Assembly: GCA_016218805.1 (NCBI GenBank)
Contig: JACRCW010000065.1
Coordinates: 94,040-158,039 of the forward strand
Origin: Deltaproteobacteria bacterium
GTDB taxonomy: Bacteria; Myxococcota; JACRCW01
DNA length: 64,000 nt
Reading direction: 5' to 3'
Both the position numbers and the translations under genes were made by a program. This document shows positions 30,514 through 40,235 of the stretch, one piece after another; the stretch's first letter is position 1; the number at the start of each line of letters is the position of its first letter. The notes beneath the pieces were generated by a model. That model saw nothing but the letters and a program-made list of their open reading frames with translations, did not search any database and was not told where the DNA came from.

Positions 30514-32313
30514 ATGAGGTCCGGCACGTCTGTCGGGACATGGGCGCGGCGCCGGTCGCTGCGCCGGTTCTTGCTCCTGCTGCTCGTCGTGTTCGCGAGC
30601 GAGACGGTGGTCATGCTGGCCCTGGAGGCGGTGGACATCCACCTGCCGCTGTTCCAGGGGGCGGTGCTGGACGCGCTGTTGCTGTGCCTGGTGACCGCGC
30701 CCGTCATCTGGCGCCTGTTTGTGGATCCGCTGGTTGAGAAGACCGCGCACGCCCAGCAACTCGCCGCCACCGCACAGCACAACTACCAGGCGCTCATTGA
30801 ACATTCCCCGGACGCCGTCGTGGTGCACCGCCAGGGGCGTTTCGTGTACGTCAACCCCGCGTGCCTGCGCTACCTCGGCTATCAACGCGCGGAGGACTTG
30901 CTGGGCCGCAGCGTGGCGGAGGTCGTCCACCCTGATGACCGCAGCCTGGTGGCCGAGCGGATGCTCGCCGCCGGCCACGCCACGGAACCGTTGCCGCCGT
31001 TACAGGAGCGTTTTGTGCGCGCGGACGGCTCCATCGTGTTTGCAGAGATTGTTGCAATGGGGACGGTGTTTGACGGACTGCCAGCGGTGCTGGCGATAGC
31101 CCGGGACCTGACCTGGCGACGTGAACTCGACGGTCGCCTGGCCACGTCGGACCGCCTGGCTTCCATGGGAATGCTGACGGCCGGCATCGCTCATGAGATC
31201 AACAATCCGCTCTCATTCGTCCTGGCCAATGTCGGCTTTGGCGCTGACGAGGCGGCGGCCCTGGCGGAAGACCTGCGCACGCGCGAGCTGGCCCGCAGCC
31301 ACGTGATGGATCGCCTGGCTGAGATCCGCGCCGCACTGGATGACGCACGGGAAGGCGCCGGGCGCGTGCGCCAGCTGGCCCGGGACCTCAAGGGCCTGTC
31401 TCGCGTCCGGACCGACGAGGTCACGCTGGTCAACCTGCGCCCGGTGCTGGAGGGCTGCTGCAACATTGCCTGGGCGGAGATCCGGCACCGTGCGCGGCTG
31501 GTGAAGGAATACGGTGCCACGCCCCTGGTGGAGGCCAACGAAGGCCGCCTGGGCCAGGTGTTCCTCAACCTGCTGGTGAACGCGGCGCACGCGGTCCCGG
31601 AGGGCGCACCCGACCGCCACGTCATCCGGGTAGAGACGGGGCGCGACGAGAAGGGGCGCGCCCGGGTCACCATAAGCGACAGCGGCTGCGGCATGAGCCA
31701 GCAGGTCATCCAACAGCTGTTCACCCCCTTCTTCACCACCAAGCCCCCGTCTTCCGGCACCGGCCTGGGCCTGTCCATCTGTCACCGCATCATCACGGAC
31801 CTGGGGGGCGAGATTCACGTTGAAAGCACGCCGGGGCAGGGCAGCCGTTTCTCCGTCAAGCTTCCCGCTGCGGCGGAACAGCCGGCGGGCGCGGGGGCGC
31901 CACACCCCGCCACGCCGGACCGGGCGCGCGGGCGCGTGCTGCTGGTGGACGACGACCCCCACACCGCAACCCTGATCATGCGTGCGTTGGGGGGTGAGCA
32001 CGAGGTGGTGGTGACTGCGGGGGCCGCCGAGGCGGTGGCGCGGCTGGAACGCGACCCGTCCTTTGACGTGATCCTGTGTGACCTCACCAGCGCGACGTGT
32101 CCAGGTACCGCGGTCCACGCCGCATTGCGGGACCACACCGAGCTGGCCACACGCCTGGTGTTCCTCAGCGGGGACGCGGTGCCACCGTGTGCGCGCACGC
32201 TGCTGGATACGGTTGCGCTGCCGCGGCTGCAGAAACCTTTTGATGTGCGGGACCTGCGCGCCCTGGTACGCGAGCGCCTGGCCCAGCGGGCCGCGGCCCG
32301 CGTGTCAGCCTGA
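30514..32313 (+). CDS. Membrane PAS hybrid sensor histidine kinase (PAS-HisKA-HATPase-REC)
   Basis: Two TM helices; PAS; AHEINNPL H-box; QVFLNLLVNA; DSGCGM; FFTTK; GTGLGL; receiver LVDDD..CD..KP. Confidence 0.93.
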   Translation: MRSGTSVGTWARRRSLRRFLLLLLVVFASETVVMLALEAVDIHLPLFQGAVLDALLLCLVTAPVIWRLFVDPLVEKTAHAQQLAATAQHNYQALIEHSPDAVVVHRQGRFVYVNPACLRYLGYQRAEDLLGRSVAEVVHPDDRSLVAERMLAAGHATEPLPPLQERFVRADGSIVFAEIVAMGTVFDGLPAVLAIARDLTWRRELDGRLATSDRLASMGMLTAGIAHEINNPLSFVLANVGFGADEAAALAEDLRTRELARSHVMDRLAEIRAALDDAREGAGRVRQLARDLKGLSRVRTDEVTLVNLRPVLEGCCNIAWAEIRHRARLVKEYGATPLVEANEGRLGQVFLNLLVNAAHAVPEGAPDRHVIRVETGRDEKGRARVTISDSGCGMSQQVIQQLFTPFFTTKPPSSGTGLGLSICHRIITDLGGEIHVESTPGQGSRFSVKLPAAAEQPAGAGAPHPATPDRARGRVLLVDDDPHTATLIMRALGGEHEVVVTAGAAEAVARLERDPSFDVILCDLTSATCPGTAVHAALRDHTELATRLVFLSGDAVPPCARTLLDTVALPRLQKPFDVRDLRALVRERLAQRAAARVSA

Positions 32314-32429
32314 CCGCCGGGGTACGCCGGAGAGTGCGCGTGCGAAAGCGCACGGCTCTCAACCTGCGGGGAAGTGCACGCCGTCACCACCGCGACGTTG
32401 GCGGTGTCCCCCCTTGCAGGCCCAGCGGA

Positions 32430-35400
32430 TCAGCGCCGGCGGCGGCGCCAGCCTGCGAGCACCGCAGTGAATCCGATCAGCCACACGCCGGCCACCTGCG
32501 GGCTGGCCGAGCACCCGCACCCGGACGACCCACCGCCGTCATCATCACCGCCGCCACCGCCTCCGCCGGTTCCGGCGGACGACGCGGTGGCAGGTCCCGA
32601 GGTGGCCGCGGAACTCGTTGGGGCGGACGCGCTGGAGGCGGTCACCGCGGCAGAACTGCCCGCGGCCGCCGACGATGCCCCGGCTCCGGAACTGGCCGTG
32701 CCTACTGACGACGCCGCCGGACCGGAGCTGGACGCGGCACTGCGCACCTCCACCTGGAACGAGCCCGTGCCCGTCAGCGCCCCGTCATCCGCGGTCAGCG
32801 TGATGATGGCGGTGCCTCGCGCGCCCGCCGTCGGCATCAGTTGCAGCGTGCGGGCGCCCGCGCTCCCGCCCAACACCAGCGACGCCGTCGGGAACAGCGT
32901 GTTGTCATCGGAAACCGCCGTCACCGTCACGGTGGCCACATCGGTGTCCGGGTCAGCAACGGTGAACGGGAGTGCCGCGCTGGCCTCACCCACGTCCAGC
33001 ACCTGGTCTGCCGGCGGGGTCACACGCGGCGCATCCGCCACGGGCGTCACGGTCAGGGTGAACCGCCTGGCGGAGGTGGCCGTCCCGTCAGAGACAACCA
33101 GGTCAACCTGCGCGGTGCCGGACGCATCTGCCTGCGGCGTGATGGTCAGCGTGAACGGGCTCTGCGTCCCCGTCACCACCAGCCCGGCAGACGTGATGAG
33201 CGTGTCGTTGTCGGCGGACCGCACCCAGGTGAACGCGGTGGTGTCCGGGTCCGTGACGGTGAGTTCCACGGTTGCGGGGACGTCCTCGGCGGTGGTCACC
33301 GGCAGGATGGGCTCCAGCACCGGCGGATCCTCAACGGGCCGGATGACCACGTTGAAGGAACGCGTGGCCTGCGCGCCCGCGTCATCCGTGGCGGTGAGCG
33401 TGATCCCCACGGTGCCATCCACATTGGCCGCCGGCGTGAACGCCACCGTCCAGTTGGTCCCGCTGCCGGTGACCGCCAGACTGCCCCGCTGCGGGTTGTC
33501 CAGCGCACCGTCCGCAAACAGCGACGCGGCGGGACTGTCCACGTCCGACAAGGTGAACGCCACCGGCGCAAGCACTGTGTCCTCGTCAATCTGCTGTTCC
33601 GCAATGAGGCCGATGGTGGGCGGGTCATTCACTGGCCGCACCAGGACTGAAACCGTCCGCGTGGCGGTGCGCGGCGCCGCCGGGGTCTGGCCGGTGTCCA
33701 TGACGGACAGCGTGATCACGGTGGAGCCGTACGCGTCAGGCAGTGGCCACAGTTGCACCGTGCGGCTGGCCCCGGTGCCCGTCACCAGGATGGTGGAGGC
33801 GTTCCGCGGGTCAAACAGCGCCAGGTCCGCGCTGTCCACCCCCAACACCAGCTGGTCCGGGGGCGTCTCCACGTCCCCCAGCGCCAGGTCCACTTGGAAG
33901 GACCCATCCTCGTCAATGGCTGCCGAACTCAGGCTGGCGTTGAGCGTTGGCGCGTCATTCACCGGGGTCACGGTGAGCGTGAGCGTGCGGGAGACGCTGG
34001 TCTCACCGTCCGACAGCGTGAAGGTGACCGTGGCGGTCCCGGCGGCGTTGGCCGCGGGCACCAAGGCAAAGCTGGCGGAGGTGGCCGTCACCGCCGAGAA
34101 GCTGATCCCCGCGTTCGGGAGGAGCGCCGGGTCCGAACTGGACCCGGTGAGCACGGGCGTGGTGCCGTCCGGGTCCCCGAAGGTGAGGCTGCCGGTGGCG
34201 GGCGTGTCCTCGTTGACGGTGAGCGTGGCGGGAACGGTGGCAAAGGCCGGCGCGTCATTCACCGCGTTCACCTGCAGGTTGAAGGTGGTGGTGGCGGTGG
34301 CGCTTCCGTCACTGACGGTCAACGTGATGACGGTGGTGCCGTTCTGGTTGGATGCGGGGGTGGCGATCACCGTTCGGTCTGCGCCGCTGCCCCCCAGCGC
34401 CAGGGCGCCGTTGGGCACCAGCGTGGTGTTGGAGGAGGTGGCCGTCACGGTGAGCGTGGCGGTGTCCACGTCCTCCACTCTGAACGCAATGGCGCCGGTG
34501 GGCGTGTCTTCGTTGGTGGACTGGGCGGTGATGGAAGAAATGGTGGGCGCGTCATTGACCGCGTTGACGGTGAAGTCCACTGCCGTGACGGCGGTGCTCA
34601 ACGCGGAGTAACCGTTCCCCGCGCCCGTCGTCGTCACCAGAGCGCCGTTGGCGCCCTGCGTGGTGTCCCAGGCCCGGAAGCGCAGGGAGTCAACCTCGGT
34701 GCCGTTGTAGTTTGGCTGGGGCACATACCGCAGCCGGGTGGCTTCATTGAACCGCAGCAGCCGGGCCGGGCACGTCGTGTCGGCGCATGAAAGGGGAAAC
34801 CCAGCGCTCACCTGCTGCCACGTGCCGCCGCGGTCCAGGCTGTACTGCCACTGCCCGTGCCAGGCGGATGTCCAGACCACGCCCATGCCGCCAGGCCCAA
34901 TGGGGTCAGGGTCCGTCACCGGGAAGTTCCCATTGGGCGCGGCGTACAGGGCGGTGATGGCGAACCCCTGATTGGTCACGTCGTCCTCGTTGGTGGCGGG
35001 CACGGTCAGCGTGACGGTGTTGTCCAGCACCGGGGGCACGTTGGCCCCGCCGCGCAGCGTCAGCGTCACCGACCCGATGGCACCGGAAAGCCCCGTGGTG
35101 TCATCCCACGCATACAGTTCCCAGGTTCCGCCCGTGGTCCCCACCATCCGGTTGAGGTCCACGCGCCAGTCGGGGGGCACGAAGTACGGCGCGGGCGGCG
35201 TGGCGTGGATGTCAGAGGGCGCATAGTCCGTGGCGGCGTACGTGCCGGTCACCGGCAACGTGCTGTCCGGCAGCGTGGCGGTGGCCGTGGAGTCAAAGGT
35301 CAACGTCACCGGCGTGGTCATGGTGGTGGTGCCGCCCGTGTCGGACAGCACGTAGGTCACCCGGTCATCCGGTGAGACCAGCAGCATGTCCACGTCGTCC

Positions 35401-36131
35401 GGGCGGCCGTGCGAAAAGTTGGTGAGCGTGAGGGACAGCCCGGTGACGGTGCCAACGAAGAAGGGCTCGTTAAACACCATCGGATAGGAACTCGCCTTGG
35501 TGGGCGGCGTGGCGCCGTCCAGCAGCGTGATGGGGCCAGCAACCGTTGAGGTCTTGTCCCGCGCGTTGATGGTCAATGACCAGGATGCAAGCGTGCCGGT
35601 CCCCGATTGAAGGAACTGATTGTCGTCGGAAATGTAGAGCTTCCACGTGGTGTTGGGGTCCTGGCCGTAGAACGCGTGCAGGTAGGTGTCCGTTGGCGCA
35701 CCGGGGATCTCCGCAGGGAAGGTGTCAGCAAAACCGACCACACCACCCGGGGTCTGGCCCTCTGGCCGGTAGGTTCCAGAGGTGATGGTTCCCGTCGTGG
35801 GCATCCGGTTGGCGTTGAAGTCCTCGAACGTGAGGTTGAGGTTGTTGGCCGCGCCGGTCCCCATGTCACTCATGAGTTCAACCGTGGCGCCACCCGGGCC
35901 CAGCAGGACGATGTCCAGGTCACCGGTATTGGGATGCGTCAGCCCGGTCAGCGTCACCGTCACGTCGGCCACCGGGCTGTTGAAGCCCGTCACCACGATT
36001 GATGACGTCGGCGCCGAGCCGATGACCGGAATGGTGATGGGCGTGGAGTTGGTGAACGTCTGGCGAAACTGGGCGTGCGCCGTGACGGACGCGCACAGCA
36101 GCACGGGCACATGGAGAGACGATAGGCGCAT
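32430..36131 (-). CDS. Large surface protein: two proprotein-convertase P-like domains, tandem cadherin-like/Ig repeats and a MYXO-CTERM tail
   Basis: Signal peptide; LTHPNTGDLDIVL and FSHGRPDDVDMLL; about six VNDAP/EDT repeats; Ser/Ala linker then GCGC-TM-RRRRR. Confidence 0.85.
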   Translation of the reverse strand: MRLSSLHVPVLLCASVTAHAQFRQTFTNSTPITIPVIGSAPTSSIVVTGFNSPVADVTVTLTGLTHPNTGDLDIVLLGPGGATVELMSDMGTGAANNLNLTFEDFNANRMPTTGTITSGTYRPEGQTPGGVVGFADTFPAEIPGAPTDTYLHAFYGQDPNTTWKLYISDDNQFLQSGTGTLASWSLTINARDKTSTVAGPITLLDGATPPTKASSYPMVFNEPFFVGTVTGLSLTLTNFSHGRPDDVDMLLVSPDDRVTYVLSDTGGTTTMTTPVTLTFDSTATATLPDSTLPVTGTYAATDYAPSDIHATPPAPYFVPPDWRVDLNRMVGTTGGTWELYAWDDTTGLSGAIGSVTLTLRGGANVPPVLDNTVTLTVPATNEDDVTNQGFAITALYAAPNGNFPVTDPDPIGPGGMGVVWTSAWHGQWQYSLDRGGTWQQVSAGFPLSCADTTCPARLLRFNEATRLRYVPQPNYNGTEVDSLRFRAWDTTQGANGALVTTTGAGNGYSALSTAVTAVDFTVNAVNDAPTISSITAQSTNEDTPTGAIAFRVEDVDTATLTVTATSSNTTLVPNGALALGGSGADRTVIATPASNQNGTTVITLTVSDGSATATTTFNLQVNAVNDAPAFATVPATLTVNEDTPATGSLTFGDPDGTTPVLTGSSSDPALLPNAGISFSAVTATSASFALVPAANAAGTATVTFTLSDGETSVSRTLTLTVTPVNDAPTLNASLSSAAIDEDGSFQVDLALGDVETPPDQLVLGVDSADLALFDPRNASTILVTGTGASRTVQLWPLPDAYGSTVITLSVMDTGQTPAAPRTATRTVSVLVRPVNDPPTIGLIAEQQIDEDTVLAPVAFTLSDVDSPAASLFADGALDNPQRGSLAVTGSGTNWTVAFTPAANVDGTVGITLTATDDAGAQATRSFNVVIRPVEDPPVLEPILPVTTAEDVPATVELTVTDPDTTAFTWVRSADNDTLITSAGLVVTGTQSPFTLTITPQADASGTAQVDLVVSDGTATSARRFTLTVTPVADAPRVTPPADQVLDVGEASAALPFTVADPDTDVATVTVTAVSDDNTLFPTASLVLGGSAGARTLQLMPTAGARGTAIITLTADDGALTGTGSFQVEVRSAASSSGPAASSVGTASSGAGASSAAAGSSAAVTASSASAPTSSAATSGPATASSAGTGGGGGGGDDDGGGSSGCGCSASPQVAGVWLIGFTAVLAGWRRRRR

Positions 36132-36363
36132 GAAGAACGACCCCCTTGAACGCGGCATGTAAGGTAAGACCGCCAAACCCACTGCTCGCATAGGGCGGCC
36201 GCCTCGTTCAAGTTCTAAGGCCGCTGCCTTGGCCTGGGACGCGCCGCGTCAGGCTGCGCCGTTTCTGCACCCTTTCGTCGCTCCACGTCGTGGCGGACCC
36301 ACGCAGGTGTCCGGCACGCCGGTCACGGTGTCGCGAGAATGAGACGGTCCGCGGTGTCAGCGT

Positions 36364-37416
36364 TCAGCGGCGCGCGTGCACAAACAGCTCCTGCCGGTTG
36401 TGGAACAACTGCGTCACCCGCAGGTGCGCGAACCCCGCGCCGCGAAGTTGTGCGAGCATCCAGTCCAGCCGCTCCACGTGTTCCAGCTTGTTGAGCTTCA
36501 GCGTCAGGAACGCGTGGCGCACGCCCGGGAGTCCCTGCAACAGGCGGCGCAGCGCGCCCAACACCAGCAGCGGTGACAGATTCACGTCGTACACGGCCCA
36601 GGTGAGGTCCTGCGGCAGCGCCGCGGGGTCCAGTCGCTCAAACGGCACCGCGAGATGCTGGAAGCGCGGGTGTGCCGCCACAGCCGGGTGCATGTCCCCC
36701 GGGTCTACGCCCACCACGCGCGCGCCGCGCTGCAACAACGCGAGGGTGCCGCCGCCCGGCGCGCACCCAATGTCCAGGACAACGTCGTTGTTCCCCGGTG
36801 CCACGCCGCTCCACCAGAACGCCTCTTCAATCTTCAGCCATACGCGCGAGGGAGTCTCAGGCGGGGGCGCCCGCTTGGGGGGCCGCCCGCCCGGCGTGGG
36901 GCGGTGCGCACCGCCGTGGACGTGCGCTCCGGTGAACACCACGCCCGCGTCGACCTCAATGACGTCGAGAACCAGCTGCCCACGCCGCGGCTCCGCCTGC
37001 ACCGGCCAACGGCACTCCGGTGACGCGGTCACGCGCTCGGCAAGCGACGCATCTGCAGCCCAGGTGTCGTAGCCCTCGGGCTCATCACCCGGCGGGAAGG
37101 TGTCCCGCGCGAACGCGTGCAGGACCGGGTGCCTGGCGCCCGCCAGCGACGCCAGGCGGGTGCAGGCCGCGTCCACCGCGCCCGCGCCGCGCAAGGCCGT
37201 CCCGAATGACGGGCCCCAACAACGCGCCAGCACGGTGGGCGCTTCCACGTTGGTGTGGATGGCTCCGTCCGGCCACTTGAACGTCACAAAGCCGGGCCGG
37301 GAGAAGGAGAAGCGCAGGTGCTTGTGCCGGCGTGTGACGTCCGCCTTCACAAACTTCTCCGCGCCCGGCTGGCACGTCACAAACACAAACGGCGACACCA
37401 GCTCTGAACCGCTCAT
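36364..37416 (-). CDS. RlmM-like / FtsJ family rRNA methyltransferase
   Basis: PSRVWLKIEEA, LDIGCAPGG, GVDP, YDVN, TLKL, LFHNRQE (K-D-K-E-type tetrad). Confidence 0.8.
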   Translation of the reverse strand: MSGSELVSPFVFVTCQPGAEKFVKADVTRRHKHLRFSFSRPGFVTFKWPDGAIHTNVEAPTVLARCWGPSFGTALRGAGAVDAACTRLASLAGARHPVLHAFARDTFPPGDEPEGYDTWAADASLAERVTASPECRWPVQAEPRRGQLVLDVIEVDAGVVFTGAHVHGGAHRPTPGGRPPKRAPPPETPSRVWLKIEEAFWWSGVAPGNNDVVLDIGCAPGGGTLALLQRGARVVGVDPGDMHPAVAAHPRFQHLAVPFERLDPAALPQDLTWAVYDVNLSPLLVLGALRRLLQGLPGVRHAFLTLKLNKLEHVERLDWMLAQLRGAGFAHLRVTQLFHNRQELFVHARR

Positions 37417-37656
37417 ACCGCACCTGCCCCTTCCTCGACGGACCAGCGGCGCGCGCTACTAGCACACCGCCGGGGCACCGCGGCGGGCGGTCGTTGCGTC
37501 GGGTCACCCGGATTGCAGCGGTGTCGAATCAACAGCAGCAACGGGTAGCGGCCGGACCTGTGCCGGTGAGCGCGCAGGGGCGAACAGCGGCCTGCGGCAA
37601 ACGGGCCAAATGCTGACCGTTCGGTGCGTTGCGCAGAACCGCAGGAGGAGCGCACC

Positions 37657-37737
37657 ATGAAGCGTCTCCTCCCCCGGAGCACGGCCGCCCGACGGGCGCC
37701 ACGTGCAGCCGGGAGCATCCGAAGAGAACGTGAATGA
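37657..37737 (+). CDS. Putative 26-aa Arg-rich small ORF or leader peptide
   Basis: AGGAGGAG RBS 6 nt before ATG; MKRLLPRSTAARRAPRAAGSIRRERE*; stop overlaps the next start (ATGA). Confidence 0.45.
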   Translation: MKRLLPRSTAARRAPRAAGSIRRERE

Positions 37738-38531
37738 CCACCCACCACGACGCCTGGATCCGCCACGGTGACATCACGCTTCCGCCGCCGGTTGACCTGG
37801 GCCGGCTGACGCGGCGGCGGCGGGAAGCATGCGCCGCGCTGATGGGCACGCTGTGGGACGCGCACGGACGGCGGCGGTTGCCGACGGTGCGCGCGCTGGT
37901 GGCGGCGCTGGAAGCGTGTGATCGGCGGGACCCCTGGTGGGTGTGCGAGGCCACCAGCGCGGGGCCGGTGTACCTGCTGCCCACGCGCGAATGGATGCGT
38001 CACCTGGTGCGCCTGCTGGACCGTCTGGGCGTGCGGCGCGTGCTCGAGGTGGGCGCGGGGGACGGGTTCCTTGCGGAGTGTCTGGCCCGCGCGGGGAGCG
38101 GCCTGCACGTCACCGCCACCGACACGCACGCGTGGCGCCGCCCCCGGGCGCGCATGAACGCGGCGGACCGGCGCGTGTACCGCGGCGTGCGCTTCAGCGG
38201 GATCCGTCCGGGTAGTAACGTCAAACGCCTGGGGGCAGCCGCGGCCATCACGCGGTTCCGTCCGGACCTGGTGTTGGTGAGCTGGCCGCCGCCCGGAACG
38301 CTGGTGGAGCGCGCCATCCGTGCGCGGACCCGGTGGGTGCTGGACCTCAGCGTGGAGGGCGACGTGTGCGGCAACGGCGCGGCGACGTGGCGGTTCAACA
38401 AGGAGTTCCTGGGCGGGCCGCTGGAGGACCGCGCGCTGTGCCGATTGGACGCCCGTCCTTCCGAGGGCCGCGCCACGCGGGTCACGCTGTACTTCGGGCG
38501 GGCGCACCCGGAGTTCTTTGAAGAGCGGTAA
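37734..38531 (+). CDS. Class I SAM-dependent methyltransferase-like protein
   Basis: VLEVGAGDG motif I, ATD motif II, LVSWPP. Confidence 0.7.
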   Translation: MTTHHDAWIRHGDITLPPPVDLGRLTRRRREACAALMGTLWDAHGRRRLPTVRALVAALEACDRRDPWWVCEATSAGPVYLLPTREWMRHLVRLLDRLGVRRVLEVGAGDGFLAECLARAGSGLHVTATDTHAWRRPRARMNAADRRVYRGVRFSGIRPGSNVKRLGAAAAITRFRPDLVLVSWPPPGTLVERAIRARTRWVLDLSVEGDVCGNGAATWRFNKEFLGGPLEDRALCRLDARPSEGRATRVTLYFGRAHPEFFEER

Positions 38532-38549
38532 CGGTGGTGCGGGTGCAGC

Positions 38550-38966
38550 ATGACGGAACGGTCACAGGCGCTGGCGCGGGACGTGGGGTTGCTGCTCTTA
38601 CGGCTGACTGCCGGCGGCATCATGGTGTTCGTGCACGGGTGGGGGAAGCTTGCGGGCTTCGCTGACAAGAGCGCCAGCTTCCCGGATCCCCTCGGCGTCG
38701 GGTCGGCGGCGAGCCTGGCGCTCGCGGTGTTCGCCGAGGTGTTCTGCGCGCTTGGCCTGGTGACGGGGACGCTGACGCGGCTGGCGGTGGTGCCGCTGGT
38801 GGTCACCATGCTGGTCGCCGCCGGCATGGTGCACGCGGGGGACCCCTGGGCAAAGAAGGAACTCGCGTTGGTGTACCTGACGCTCTTCGCGACCCTCGGC
38901 CTGACCGGGCCCGGGCGCTTCTCGGTGGACCACCTCGTCGACAAGTGGCGGTCCGGCAGGCGTTGA
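38550..38966 (+). CDS. DoxX family membrane protein
   Basis: [32 protein letters not shown]. Confidence 0.92.
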   Translation: MTERSQALARDVGLLLLRLTAGGIMVFVHGWGKLAGFADKSASFPDPLGVGSAASLALAVFAEVFCALGLVTGTLTRLAVVPLVVTMLVAAGMVHAGDPWAKKELALVYLTLFATLGLTGPGRFSVDHLVDKWRSGRR

Positions 38967-39013
38967 CTCTGCCACCCGGGCGCGGCTTTTGTCCCCGGAA
39001 AACGGAGGCGGAC

Positions 39014-40168
39014 ATGCGGATCCTGTACGGCGTGGTGGGTGAGGGCATGGGCCACGCGACGCGCAGCCGCGTGTCACTGGATCACCTGTTGGCCGGCGGC
39101 CACGAAGTGCGTGTGGTGGTCAGCGGGCGCGCGCACACGTTTCTCACCGACCGTTTCAAGGACCGCCGCAACATCCGCTTTGACGAGATTCACGGCCTGC
39201 ACATGAACTACGAAGGCAACGCCGTGGACAAGTCCGAAAGCGTGCGCACCAACCTGGAGGACGCGCCGCGCGGGCTGCTGCAGAACGTGGAGGTGTACCG
39301 CAAGGTGGCGGAGGACGGCTTCAAGCCGGACGTGGTGTTCAGCGACTTTGAATCGTGGGCGTACCTGTATGGACTCAACCACCGCATCCCGGTGGTGAGC
39401 ATTGACAACATGCAGGTGCTCAACCGCTGCCGCCACGACGACGACGTGACGCATCACCGCGGGTTCCACTTCCGGCTGGCCAAGGCGGCCGTGAAGCTGA
39501 AGCTCCCCGGCGCGTACCACTACCTGGTCACCAGCTTCTTCTTCCCGGAGGTGCGCAAGCCGCGCACCACGCTGGTTCCGCCCATCCTGCGCGCGGAGAT
39601 CCTGGCCGCGCGCCGCGAGCCCGGCGCGCACGTGCTGGTGTACCAGACCGCGGCGGCCAACACGGACCTGGTGCCCACGCTCCGCAAGCTGCCCTTCCCG
39701 TTCCGCGTGTACGGCCTGGGCCGCGCGGGCACGGAGGGAAACGTCACGCTGTGTGCGTTCTCGGAGACGGGCTTTGTGGAGGACCTGCGCACGGCCAGGG
39801 CGGTGGTGGCCGGCGGCGGCTATTCGCTGATGGGTGAGGCGGTGCACCTGCACGTGCCCATGATGTCCATTCCGCTGGAGGGCCAGTACGAGCAGGAGCT
39901 CAACGCGCGCTACCTGCAGAAGCTGGGCTACGGCGTGTTTGCGCGCGCGTTGGACGTGGACGTGATGGCGCGGTTCCTGGCGGACACGGACCGCCACGCG
40001 CACGCGCTGCAGCAGTACCGGCCCGCGGACAACAGCATGCTCCTCGCCGCCGAGGACGAACTGCTGCAGCGCGTGCAGCGCGGCCAGTCCGCCCCGGTGC
40101 GCCTGGCAAGCCCATCACTGGGCAGCTACGGCGGCAAGGCCGGCGCGGACGGGGACGACGTCCACTGA
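39014..40168 (+). CDS. MJ1255/VC2487-type GT-B glycosyltransferase
   Basis: MRILYGVVGEGMGHATRS, SDFE, SIDN, GGYSLMGEA, GQYEQELNA. Confidence 0.88.
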   Translation: MRILYGVVGEGMGHATRSRVSLDHLLAGGHEVRVVVSGRAHTFLTDRFKDRRNIRFDEIHGLHMNYEGNAVDKSESVRTNLEDAPRGLLQNVEVYRKVAEDGFKPDVVFSDFESWAYLYGLNHRIPVVSIDNMQVLNRCRHDDDVTHHRGFHFRLAKAAVKLKLPGAYHYLVTSFFFPEVRKPRTTLVPPILRAEILAARREPGAHVLVYQTAAANTDLVPTLRKLPFPFRVYGLGRAGTEGNVTLCAFSETGFVEDLRTARAVVAGGGYSLMGEAVHLHVPMMSIPLEGQYEQELNARYLQKLGYGVFARALDVDVMARFLADTDRHAHALQQYRPADNSMLLAAEDELLQRVQRGQSAPVRLASPSLGSYGGKAGADGDDVH

Positions 40169-40235
40169 CCGGCCCAGGGTTCCCATCCCCGAGCCACTTG
40201 TCTATAGGACCCCGTCTCGTCTTCACGGAGGTCCC

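Noticed and set aside
37417..37656. c-di-GMP or other riboswitch in the long intergenic region
   Set aside because: GGCAAAC is present, but the GAAA tetraloop/receptor and the rest of the GEMM consensus are not
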